64,000 nt of DNA from Patescibacteria group bacterium (lineage in GTDB: Bacteria > Patescibacteriota > Minisyncoccia > Phycocordibacterales > UBA9973): NCBI GenBank assembly GCA_040390725.1, contig JAZJXT010000006.1, forward strand, positions 367 through 64,366. The letters run 5' to 3'. The notes below the pieces were generated by a model. It did no database searches and had not been told where the DNA came from. It was given only the letters and a program-made list of their open reading frames with translations. Below, piece by piece: positions 55,296 through 64,000 of the stretch. Numbering within the stretch: position 1 is the first letter of the stretch; each line of letters starts with the position of its first letter. The position numbers and the translations under genes were made by a program.

Positions 55296-56333
55296 ATGCA
55301 GCAAAAAAAAGCAAAAAAAGAAGACAAGACAAGCAATAATGATTTGGAAGAAACACTAAAATCAATCCAAACAAAATTCGGCGAAGGCTCTATTATTAAA
55401 ATGGGTGACACTCCAAAAGTAGACTTGAATGTCATACCGACAGGTTCCCTTGGTTTGGATATGGCTCTAGGCGTCGGTGGAATACCACGTGGCAGAATCA
55501 TCGAAGTTTTCGGACCGGAATCATCCGGTAAAACTACCCTAGCTTCACACATCGTCGCTGAAGCGCAAAAACTCGGAGGTATCTGCGCGTACATCGATGC
55601 CGAACACGCAATGGATCCGGAATATACCAAAAAACTCGGAGTAAAAATAAATGACCTTCTCGTTTCCCAGCCTGACACCGGCGAGCAAGCATTAGAAATA
55701 GTTGAGAGCCTCGTGCGCTCCGGAAAAATTGATGTTATCGTCATAGACTCCGTCGCAGCATTGACTCCAAAAGACGAAATCGAGGGCGATATGGGCGCGT
55801 ATCACGTGGGCAAGCAGGCCCGCCTGATGTCCCAAGCTCTCCGTAAACTTACCGCAATAGTAGCCAAATCAAAAACCGTCGTCATTTTCATAAACCAAAT
55901 CCGTATGCAAATAGGCGTGATGTTCGGCAATCCAGAAACGACACCGGGAGGCAAGGCTTTGAAATTCTACACTTCTATCCGCCTCGACATCCGCAAAATA
56001 GCGCAAATTAAAAAAGGCGAAGACGTCGTCGGCTCCCGCACTCGCGTGAAAGTCGTAAAAAATAAAGTCGCCGCTCCTTTCAAGCAAACAGAATTCGACA
56101 TCATTTACAATGAAGGTATTTCCAAAGAAGGAGAAATAATAGCATTGGGTGAGAAATTCAAAATCGTAGAAAAATCCGGCAATTCATATTTCTATATGCC
56201 AGCCGGTGAAGGCAAGGAAAAAGTAAAGCTCGGCGTAGGCTACGACAACACTCGCACATTCTTAAAAGAAAATTCCAAAATCGCTGAACAAATCTTGAAA
56301 GAAATCAGAAAGAAGTTTGCAGAGGAGGTTTAA
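55296..56333 (+). CDS. recA: recombinase RecA
   Basis: [28 protein letters not shown]. Confidence 0.99.
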   Translation: MQQKKAKKEDKTSNNDLEETLKSIQTKFGEGSIIKMGDTPKVDLNVIPTGSLGLDMALGVGGIPRGRIIEVFGPESSGKTTLASHIVAEAQKLGGICAYIDAEHAMDPEYTKKLGVKINDLLVSQPDTGEQALEIVESLVRSGKIDVIVIDSVAALTPKDEIEGDMGAYHVGKQARLMSQALRKLTAIVAKSKTVVIFINQIRMQIGVMFGNPETTPGGKALKFYTSIRLDIRKIAQIKKGEDVVGSRTRVKVVKNKVAAPFKQTEFDIIYNEGISKEGEIIALGEKFKIVEKSGNSYFYMPAGEGKEKVKLGVGYDNTRTFLKENSKIAEQILKEIRKKFAEEV

Positions 56334-56519
56334 TACCCTCACCTAGCCTCACCCCTTAACCCCCTCTCCAGAGTACTAGAGAGGGGTAAAATACTTGCAT
56401 ACTTTTTTGGCTATGATATAATATACTCACTAAATGTGAAAGGCATCCTATATGGGTGCTTTTCTTGTTTTTAAATCATTAAAGCTTGCATTACAGTATA
56501 GATTTGATATTATCAAGAT

Positions 56520-56768
56520 ATGTCCAAAGAATTCTCTTATAAAATAGAATACGAGGTTGATAAGAAATCCGGTCAAGTAACGGCGACTATTCCTGAGCTT
56601 AATCACATTTCTTCTTTTGGTGATTCATTTGCCGAAGCGGAAGCCAATGTTCGTGAAGCATCATTGGGGTATTTGGAGTTGCTAGTTAAAAAACAAAAAA
56701 GAATCCCTGCTCCTGCATTTCACACTGATGGAACGTATTTAAAACTTTTTATTCCAAAGTTTGCTTAA
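56520..56768 (+). CDS. hicB: HicB-family antitoxin
   Basis: ATIPEL...SFGDS..EA..NV.EA...YLE. Confidence 0.85.
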   Translation: MSKEFSYKIEYEVDKKSGQVTATIPELNHISSFGDSFAEAEANVREASLGYLELLVKKQKRIPAPAFHTDGTYLKLFIPKFA

Positions 56769-56772
56769 AAAA

Positions 56773-56994
56773 ATGAGCAAATTAAATCCTTTATCAGCTA
56801 GAAAGGTTATTCAGAAACTCAAAAAAATAGGTTTTATTAAAACGCATCAGCGCGGAAGTCATTTGTATTTAGAAAACGGTGATAAGGTCGTAACAATTCC
56901 CGTTCACGGTTCAAAGGATATTCCCGTAGGTACTCTTTACAACATTGTCGTTAAACAAGCCGAACTTTCCATAAAAGAATTTCAGAATTTATAA
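56773..56994 (+). CDS. hicA: HicA-family toxin
   Basis: GF...Q.GSH, VTIPVHG..DIP.GTL; start set at ATG 56773. Confidence 0.9.
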   Translation: MSKLNPLSARKVIQKLKKIGFIKTHQRGSHLYLENGDKVVTIPVHGSKDIPVGTLYNIVVKQAELSIKEFQNL

Positions 56995-57090
56995 TTTTTT
57001 TATTCCTCCCCTCTCTAAAATTTTTATTTTGGAGAGGGGTCGGGGGTGAGGAAATTTGATTTTATTTTAAAATTTGATAACATACTAAAT

Positions 57091-57672
57091 ATGGCAACAT
57101 TAGAATACAGTGAAATACGCGGAGGAAAAATCATCTTACATGATGACGAGCCTTGTGAAGTTATCGACTCGCACGTCGCTCGCACCCAACAACGCAAACC
57201 TCAAAACCAGGTCAAGCTTAAAAGTCTTATTTCCGGCAAGGTCTTCCCTGCTACTTATCACGTTTCCGACAAAGCTGACGAAGCGGAAATCGAAAAACGT
57301 GAAGTGAAATTCCTTTATCACAACAAGGGCGAATATTGGTTCTGTGATCCTACTGATCCAAAAAACAGATTTAAATTAAACGAAGCGTTGCTCGGCAACA
57401 CTGTAAAATTCTTGAAAGATAATGAAAACGTCACCGCGCTAGTCTGGACGACAGAAGACGATGAGGAAAAAACTATCGGACTCAAGCTCCCTATCAAAAT
57501 GCAATTCAAAGTAAAAGAAGCTCCTCCTGCTGTCCGCGGAGACACTTCCAAGGGTGGCAATAAATTCATCGTCCTTGAAAATGGCTCCTCTATCACAGTG
57601 CCTATGTTTATAAACGAAGGTGACACTGTCATCATAAATACCGAAACCGGCGACTACGTCGAACGAGCCTAA
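57091..57672 (+). CDS. efp: elongation factor P
   Basis: PAVRGDT, VPMFINEGD...INTETG.YVER; start set at ATG 57091. Confidence 0.93.
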   Translation: MATLEYSEIRGGKIILHDDEPCEVIDSHVARTQQRKPQNQVKLKSLISGKVFPATYHVSDKADEAEIEKREVKFLYHNKGEYWFCDPTDPKNRFKLNEALLGNTVKFLKDNENVTALVWTTEDDEEKTIGLKLPIKMQFKVKEAPPAVRGDTSKGGNKFIVLENGSSITVPMFINEGDTVIINTETGDYVERA

Positions 57673-57731
57673 AAAATAAGTAAAAAGAAAGGACACCATT
57701 GGTGTCCTTTAAAATTGTTTTTAGTCTTTTG

Positions 57732-58232
57732 CTATTTAATCCGCCGATGAAGCGACTTTTGGAGATTAGCTTCCTCTGCTTCATGCCTTGCTTTTTCAAT
57801 GGCAATATTTAAATGTAAAATCTTACCATGATCATTTTTATATTGGATTTTTGTAAACTCCTTTAATTTTTCACAGTAAACAGAATTATTTATGTATTTA
57901 GGCAACATATTAATCCCGATGCTAAAAACCATAAGGCGTTCACGTCTATTAAAGTTTTTAATTTTAATAAAAGTATCGAGCATTTTAATTAAAACATTTT
58001 CTTCAGAAGACACCATAGTATAATGGTATTTTCCGTTCTGAAAAAATTCAATCAAAGGACCAGATACGCCCTTTTTATCTTCTGCCATGGTTTGGAATTT
58101 CGAAAATATTTCTTGGATTTTTTCTTCGGGTATTGGCACCTCTGTTTTTTTATCAAGATACTCTCTTAATATATTAACCAAACGCCTTTTTCCTGAAATT
58201 ACTATTTCGTATTGAAATAATATTTTTCGCAC
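57732..58232 (-). CDS. hypothetical protein
   Basis: 166 aa ORF; start uncertain. Confidence 0.55.
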   Translation of the reverse strand: MRKILFQYEIVISGKRRLVNILREYLDKKTEVPIPEEKIQEIFSKFQTMAEDKKGVSGPLIEFFQNGKYHYTMVSSEENVLIKMLDTFIKIKNFNRRERLMVFSIGINMLPKYINNSVYCEKLKEFTKIQYKNDHGKILHLNIAIEKARHEAEEANLQKSLHRRIK

Positions 58233-58410
58233 TTCTAGTACTTTCTTTTTTGTTAAAGCTACAAATAAATCAACCTATTTTATCCGAAAAAGCAATAGCA
58301 CTATTGACTATTTAATAAAAAAATGATAATCTTTTTATTCAGCCAAGGGGGCTGAGTTTTGTTTTTTGACAAAATTAAATAAAAATTTTCATCACCAAAA
58401 TTTCGTAATC

Positions 58411-59931
58411 ATGAAATCAATTTTTTCTTTCGCATGGGCTTTAGCTCTCCTTTTGTTGGTAGGAAAAACCAACGCACAAATTTCAAATTTTATTGTTAAC
58501 CAGGACACAATTTGTGCTGGAGACACTGTTTTTGTTACCAACCTGTCAACAGGTTCAAACCTGAAAAGTAACTGGTACAGCGCTAACGGCTCTCCTCAGA
58601 CATGGGAAGGAATAACAATCCCTATGGGTGTTACCTACTGGAATCCCGGTACGTATCAAATTGAACTGATCGTGGAAGACACGGTGTCGCATATTCAAAG
58701 TACGCCGTTTATTGTTACTATTTATGTGTATCCAATACCGCAGACATTTACTACCACGCCAAGTGGAAACATTTACCAAAATTGTAACGGCAATCCCGTG
58801 ACAGTTACAGCCAACACCGCCGGAGGAGTAAATTACCTTTGGAGACACAATGGTAATACTGTTGACACAAATGCTACGGCAAACCTAAGTGGTACAGGAG
58901 CGTATTTTGTGTACGCTACTAACATTTACGGTTGTCGAAATAGCCAAGGTTGGTATGTCTATGTGAATCCAAATCCAGCACTAAACATAAGCCTGGGAGT
59001 TAATGGAAACAATAATGACACTGTTTCTATTTGCAACAACCCGCTAAATACAAACTATGCGTATGTAAACTGGAGCAGTCCGATAAGTATTCTTCCTTCG
59101 TTCCAATGGAATGATGGATCAAATGGTAATAACTTAGCTGTTACCCAATCCGGAAACTACTGGGCCATACTAACAGACTTAAATACTGGATGTAGTGATA
59201 CGGACAGTGTTTATGTTTATTTACATCAACTGCCTGTACCGGTAATTACATCACCTATGCTAGAGTTTTGCGAAGGAGCAGGCACAGTCTTACTCGTAGC
59301 CACTCACTATCCTTCCTATTCATGGAGCAATAGTGCAAATACTCAAAGCACTTATGTGAATTGGGGAGGTGTCTTTACTGTAACAGTTACCGATACCTTT
59401 GGTTGCACAGGAACAGCACTGAGTGTACAAACTATTGTATGGCCAAACCCAGTTGCCGAAATAGAAACAATTGATTGTGAAATGGCTGCAGGGCTGATCA
59501 CACTTGGACCGGGAGATTCCATTCAATGGTCATTAAACGGAATACCTATTCCCCAATCCAACAGTCAATTCTTGTTGGCAACTGGGACAGGTTTCTATAC
59601 AGTGACAGTAACAAATTCACACGGTTGCACAGGCACATCATTGCCCATGCCTATGAATTGCACTGAAACTGGCGTAGACTTACTTGCCCAAATGAAAGGC
59701 ATAAATGTTTATCCAAACCCAGTTGTAAATCAACTGACGGTTAAATTTGCAAACCAAAATACCAAATACAAAGTCCAAATCGTGGACATGGTTGGTAAAA
59801 GTTTGGCAGAGGCTGAAGGAACCGATGAAGTAATCATTCCGCGAGGAAACATTACTCCGGGTTATTATATTGTCAAAATCCGTGACAGTGAAAATAGCCA
59901 AGAAAAAACTGCACAGATTATCGTGCAGTAA
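58411..59931 (+). CDS. secreted PKD/Ig-repeat protein with T9SS type A sorting-like C-terminal domain
   Basis: Signal ..KTNA|Q; Y.VTVTD..GC repeats; C-terminal NVYPNP...IVDMVGK...PGYYIVKI; start set at ATG 58411. Confidence 0.85.
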   Translation: MKSIFSFAWALALLLLVGKTNAQISNFIVNQDTICAGDTVFVTNLSTGSNLKSNWYSANGSPQTWEGITIPMGVTYWNPGTYQIELIVEDTVSHIQSTPFIVTIYVYPIPQTFTTTPSGNIYQNCNGNPVTVTANTAGGVNYLWRHNGNTVDTNATANLSGTGAYFVYATNIYGCRNSQGWYVYVNPNPALNISLGVNGNNNDTVSICNNPLNTNYAYVNWSSPISILPSFQWNDGSNGNNLAVTQSGNYWAILTDLNTGCSDTDSVYVYLHQLPVPVITSPMLEFCEGAGTVLLVATHYPSYSWSNSANTQSTYVNWGGVFTVTVTDTFGCTGTALSVQTIVWPNPVAEIETIDCEMAAGLITLGPGDSIQWSLNGIPIPQSNSQFLLATGTGFYTVTVTNSHGCTGTSLPMPMNCTETGVDLLAQMKGINVYPNPVVNQLTVKFANQNTKYKVQIVDMVGKSLAEAEGTDEVIIPRGNITPGYYIVKIRDSENSQEKTAQIIVQ

Positions 59932-60121
59932 AATTAAATGGTGTTAATACACCCCACCCGCTTAATACAAGCGGGTGTTTTTTTATCTAAAATCAAAATA
60001 ATACCCAATAAAATATGAATATTTCAACCCTTGACTTATTGCTATAAATATGCTAGACTTGATAGATAGGCGGAGTAACCGCTATTATTTGTACCTTGTA
60101 ATCAACAATTCAATATATCTT

Positions 60122-61399
60122 ATGAAGAATTCAGTATTTTCCGTATGGGCTACTGCCCTTTTCTTTTTGTTGGCTTTTAATAAAACCAATGCGCAATTTT
60201 CCTGCATGTCTAATATCCATGTCAGTACTGGAGTCAGCTTTGTCGTTGACTGTAGCAATCAAAAAGTTGTTACTTTCACTACAGACAGCTTGTCCAGAGC
60301 TTACTCATGGATGATAGGCAGTACTCCATTGGGAGTTGCTATCTCCATGACGGTGACTATCACTACCCCGGGCGATTACAACATCACAGCAACCGACACT
60401 ATGAATAGTTGGTGCTATGACGTTGTTCAGATTCACGCACTGCCACGTCCTGTGACAGTGGTGAATGTGAATGTTCCTGGATCAACGGTTATTGGGAACA
60501 CTACCTTTGTCTGTTCAAACCCAAACGGCTATTCCCTGAATGGAAACACCACCGGTGTCAGCTATTACTGGGATAACGGACCAGGTCCATTGATCAGGCA
60601 TGTTTTCCAAGGAGGAGTTTACATCTTTACAGGTGTAGATAGCTACGGATGCACAACATCCGATACCGTAAACTTGGTTATCTGGCAAAGCCCGACTCCT
60701 GCAATAATTGGAAACGTTCCAGTGTGCTCTGGGTCGAGCTTGGTGCTGTCGGTTGATAGTCCTACCATCTACTCTAGTGTTAATTGGAGTGGTGTCGGCA
60801 CATCAGGCAACAGTCCCACTGCATCGGTGAACACAACAATCAATTACGCGAGTTATATCGTGGATATGACTGCAACTGATGCAAATGGATGCTCTGCAAC
60901 AACCACTGCCCTTGTGACCGTAAAGCCTACTCCGCTGACACCTACGGTATTTAGTACCAGCCCTGTGGCATGCAAAATGTATGACATACACGGTGGTAAT
61001 TTATACCAATGGATGATGGGTTCAGGAGCAGGTTCGATAATTCCGGGAGCAACGAGTTCTGTTTATTATCCTACCAGCCCAAATTATTACTGGGTGGTAG
61101 AAACAGATATCGTTTCTGGGTGTGGTAGCGCATCTCTGCCATTATGGTCAGATTGCAACATTGCGTCTGGTGTGGATGACGAACTGGATAAAAAAGATAA
61201 ACTGAAAATTTCTTCAGAAGGAATAAGCATAGAATTTGCTGATGCCGAAATACACACTGTTAAAGTGATTGACGGTATTGGGCAAGTTGTAGCAACTGAA
61301 ACTTCCTCAACTGAAATTTTGTTTCGGAACATCAAACCAGGAATTTATTTCCTGCGTGTTGATGAGAAGCCAGCGGTAAAAATCGCTGTACGACAATAA
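60122..61399 (+). CDS. secreted Ig-repeat protein, paralog of the previous gene with a degenerate T9SS-like CTD
   Basis: Signal ..KTNA|Q; TD.NGC repeats; C-terminal IDGIGQ...PGIYFLRV; start set at ATG 60122. Confidence 0.8.
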   Translation: MKNSVFSVWATALFFLLAFNKTNAQFSCMSNIHVSTGVSFVVDCSNQKVVTFTTDSLSRAYSWMIGSTPLGVAISMTVTITTPGDYNITATDTMNSWCYDVVQIHALPRPVTVVNVNVPGSTVIGNTTFVCSNPNGYSLNGNTTGVSYYWDNGPGPLIRHVFQGGVYIFTGVDSYGCTTSDTVNLVIWQSPTPAIIGNVPVCSGSSLVLSVDSPTIYSSVNWSGVGTSGNSPTASVNTTINYASYIVDMTATDANGCSATTTALVTVKPTPLTPTVFSTSPVACKMYDIHGGNLYQWMMGSGAGSIIPGATSSVYYPTSPNYYWVVETDIVSGCGSASLPLWSDCNIASGVDDELDKKDKLKISSEGISIEFADAEIHTVKVIDGIGQVVATETSSTEILFRNIKPGIYFLRVDEKPAVKIAVRQ

Positions 61400-61546
61400 A
61401 ATGGTGTATTACACCGACCCATATTGAACAACAATATGGGTTATTTTTTTGCCTAAATACTAAAAAATACAAAAATTTGACATAAAAGTATCCGTTAATA
61501 TATACTGAAAATATAAAATTTAATTATAATTAACAGAAATAATATT

Positions 61547-62575
61547 ATGGCAAAAACAAAAGAAAAGTTTATTTATACATACATCTGGCTCGACGGCTAC
61601 AAGCCGGAGCCGAACTTAAGGGGCAAAGACAAAATCCTCGAAGGTATTAAAACATTAAAAGAACTCCCAGGCTGGTCATTTGACGGTAGCTCAACACAGC
61701 AAGCAAAAGGTCATTTCTCGGACTGCTTACTCAATCCGGTAAAAATGATTCCTGACCCAGCACGAGAAAGAAGCTTTTTGGTTTTCTGTGAAGTTTTAAA
61801 TCCGGATGGCACTCCGCATATTTCAAATACTCGTGCACAACTCGCTCCATATGATTTCAAAGGAAGCTGGTTTGGAATGGAACAAGAATATGTATTTATA
61901 AAAAATGGCCGACCGATAGGTTTCCCCATAGATGCAAAAAAGTTTCCGAAACCTCAGGGCGAATATTATTGCGGAGTCGGTGCAGAAAATATTTCCGGCC
62001 GAGAATTAATGGAGGAGCACACTTTGATGTGCATCGAAGCAGGCATTCCTCTGACTGGCACAAATGCCGAAGTTCTCTTAGGTCAATGGGAATTCCAGCT
62101 TTTTGGACAAGATGGCGCACTGGATACTGCTGACCTCCTTTGGCTCACTCGCTATCTTTTAGTACGCACTGCGGAATCTTACGGCGTATCAGTTTCCTTT
62201 CACCCAAAACCGCTCACCAAAGGCGACTGGAACGGTTCCGGACTTCACACAAACTTTTCTACAAATAAAATGCGTGGCGCTGGCGGTAAAGAATTATTCC
62301 AAAGAATTTACAAAGCATTTGAAAAAAATGCAAAAATGCATATTGATCATTATGGATCAGACAATCACCTACGCCTCACGGGAAAACATGAAACACAATC
62401 TATCCACACATTCTCGACTGGTGTTTCCGACCGTGGAGCATCTATCAGAATTCCGCTTTCGACCGACAAAGAAATGCGTGGTTATCTCGAAGACCGACGC
62501 CCAGCATCAAACGGCGACCCATACAAAATCTTGCTCGCAATTTGCAAAACATTAAAAGAAGCAAAAGCGGATTAA
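61547..62575 (+). CDS. glnA: glutamine synthetase, type II-like (342 aa)
   Basis: YIWLDG, FDGSST.QA, GMEQEY, NAEV..GQWEFQ, GDWNGSG.H.NFS, RLTG.HET, YLEDRRP. Confidence 0.93.
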   Translation: MAKTKEKFIYTYIWLDGYKPEPNLRGKDKILEGIKTLKELPGWSFDGSSTQQAKGHFSDCLLNPVKMIPDPARERSFLVFCEVLNPDGTPHISNTRAQLAPYDFKGSWFGMEQEYVFIKNGRPIGFPIDAKKFPKPQGEYYCGVGAENISGRELMEEHTLMCIEAGIPLTGTNAEVLLGQWEFQLFGQDGALDTADLLWLTRYLLVRTAESYGVSVSFHPKPLTKGDWNGSGLHTNFSTNKMRGAGGKELFQRIYKAFEKNAKMHIDHYGSDNHLRLTGKHETQSIHTFSTGVSDRGASIRIPLSTDKEMRGYLEDRRPASNGDPYKILLAICKTLKEAKAD

Positions 62576-62602
62576 AAGAATTTTCAAATCGCCAGGCAAG
62601 AC

Positions 62603-63088
62603 CTAGCGATTTTTATTTATTATTGATTTTTTGTTTTGGGGGAAATTTTCTAAAATTTCACTTATTTTTTTATTTAACCCTGGATGTATAAAATTAGGAG
62701 CTATTTCATTTAAAGGTATTAAAACAAAATCACGTTCTGTTAAAAGTGGGTGCGGAATTTCGAGAATATCATTTTTGAAAACAAGGTCATCGTAAAAAAG
62801 AATATCAATATCTATCTCGCGCGGGCCCCAATAAAAAGTTTCTTTTCTGCCGACTTTTTTTTCTATTTCTTTTACGAAAGTTAAAAGCTCCAGTGGGGTA
62901 AGATTTGTTTCCGCTTCTATCGCAGTATTTAGAAAATTATTTTGCTCGGTAAAACCCACTGCCTTACTCTCATACACCGACGCGTATTTTAAAACTTTTA
63001 TTTTCTCGGACAAAAATCTATACGCTTTTTTAATATTCTCTTCTCTATCTCCCGTATTTGAGCCCAATGCCAAATATATTTTATGCAT
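62603..63088 (-). CDS. folK: 2-amino-4-hydroxy-6-hydroxymethyldihydropteridine diphosphokinase
   Basis: YLALGSN.G, FLN, WGPREIDIDIL, IPHP. Confidence 0.96.
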   Translation of the reverse strand: MHKIYLALGSNTGDREENIKKAYRFLSEKIKVLKYASVYESKAVGFTEQNNFLNTAIEAETNLTPLELLTFVKEIEKKVGRKETFYWGPREIDIDILFYDDLVFKNDILEIPHPLLTERDFVLIPLNEIAPNFIHPGLNKKISEILENFPQNKKSIINKNR

Positions 63089-63089
63089 A

Positions 63090-63443
63090 TTATCTTGATT
63101 TTTCTATCTCCACACCGACGGATTCTATACCAGGGAATTTATTTGGTTTCTCTACTCGCACTTGCACTTTTTGTGCCATTTTTTCTGCCAAACAAATATC
63201 GGCAATAGTATCAGCCAAAGTTTCAATCAATACAAATTCTTTTTGCGCCACTAATTGGGTTATTTTTTCTTTAAAAATTACATAATTTACAGTATCATTT
63301 ATATCTTCACTTTTTACAGATTTACTAATGTCCGCCCACACAGCTATATTTAATAAAAGGCTTTGTGTAGCATTTCGCTCTATGGTATGTTCGCCCACAT
63401 TTGCAGTCACTATAAAATTTTTAATAAATATTTTTCCAATCAT
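63090..63443 (-). CDS. folB: dihydroneopterin aldolase
   Basis: G....ER...Q, D...TVNY, LIETLA, VEKP. Confidence 0.93.
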   Translation of the reverse strand: MIGKIFIKNFIVTANVGEHTIERNATQSLLLNIAVWADISKSVKSEDINDTVNYVIFKEKITQLVAQKEFVLIETLADTIADICLAEKMAQKVQVRVEKPNKFPGIESVGVEIEKSR

Positions 63444-63478
63444 ACTTTTATGCTAACATTTTTTGCATTATTTTTCTA

Positions 63479-64000
63479 TTATTTTAATTCGTCTAGCAAT
63501 ACTAAGAATTTTTTATTTTCCAATACATCGTGTGTGCGCACTATATTTGCGCCATTTAATACAGCAAAAGCTGTCTCTGCCAATCCCGCCTCGAGCCTTT
63601 CACTCGGCCCCGGTACTTCTTTTAAATTCAATTTCTCTTGCAAAACCTTGCCTAAATGGCTCTTCCTAGAAACACCCACCAGTAAAGGCATCCCCCATTT
63701 GGTGAACTTTTTAAATTCCCTTATTATGGTTAAATTATGCTCGACTGATTTACCGAAACCAATCCCCGGGTCTAAAATAAACTGCTCTTTTTTTACGCCA
63801 TTTTTTAACCCGAATTTTATTTGCTCCGCAAAAAATTTATTTATCTCTGAAATTACATTTTTATATTTTATCTCACCCTTTTGCATCGTACGTGGTTCAC
63901 CTTTTATATGATAAATAATAATCGGCACTTTATATTTCGCCACAACTTTTGCCATAGCCTTGTCATATGTAAAACCGCCTAAACTGTTTATTATATTCGC
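63479..64000 (-). CDS. folP: dihydropteroate synthase (5'-partial; start beyond window end)
   Basis: ANIINS.GG, DPGIGFGK, GVSRKS, IVRTHDV. Confidence 0.95.
   Translation of the reverse strand, partial: ANIINSLGGFTYDKAMAKVVAKYKVPIIIYHIKGEPRTMQKGEIKYKNVISEINKFFAEQIKFGLKNGVKKEQFILDPGIGFGKSVEHNLTIIREFKKFTKWGMPLLVGVSRKSHLGKVLQEKLNLKEVPGPSERLEAGLAETAFAVLNGANIVRTHDVLENKKFLVLLDELK

Noticed and set aside
40902-57051. REP-like repeats as a CRISPR array
   Set aside because: They are dispersed and variable in length, with no regular repeat-spacer period and no cas genes
1-64000. Alternative genetic code (TGA=Gly, as in Gracilibacteria/Absconditabacteria)
   Set aside because: Conserved genes read full length under code 11, and smpB ends at TGA just before ssrA

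Overview
This is an AT-rich chromosomal window that looks like a Candidate Phyla Radiation (Patescibacteria, Parcubacteria-like) bacterium. Supporting signs are a 23S rRNA unlinked from 16S, an spc block lacking rpmD (L30), a Zn-type S14, many leaderless genes and large peptidoglycan-binding surface proteins. Core genes include rplJL, secY-rplO-rpsE-rplR-rplF-rpsH-rpsN, ssrA/smpB, infC-rpmI-rplT, ndk, map, pyrH, adk, cmk, ftsK, recA, efp, purH, glnA (GSII type) and folPBK. They are interspersed with accessory modules. Best leads: (1) two paralogous solo nuclease-like ORFs (13132-13572, 47042-47455), each paired with a separately promoted, covarying ~60-nt three-helix RNA (3 copies), a candidate new RNA-protein toxin-antitoxin system; a solo MazF shows a similar layout with a different small RNA. 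(2) A serine operon with an unannotated Ser-rich leader peptide and classical attenuator, an ACT-less SerA and a FAD 2-hydroxyacid dehydrogenase-SerB fusion. (3) A second leader-peptide attenuator upstream of an orphan gene. (4) Modules bounded by 50-75 bp direct repeats, an inverted copy of the tmRNA 3' end, and palindromic elements inserted in frame in core genes. All family calls are by eye; no database search was run.
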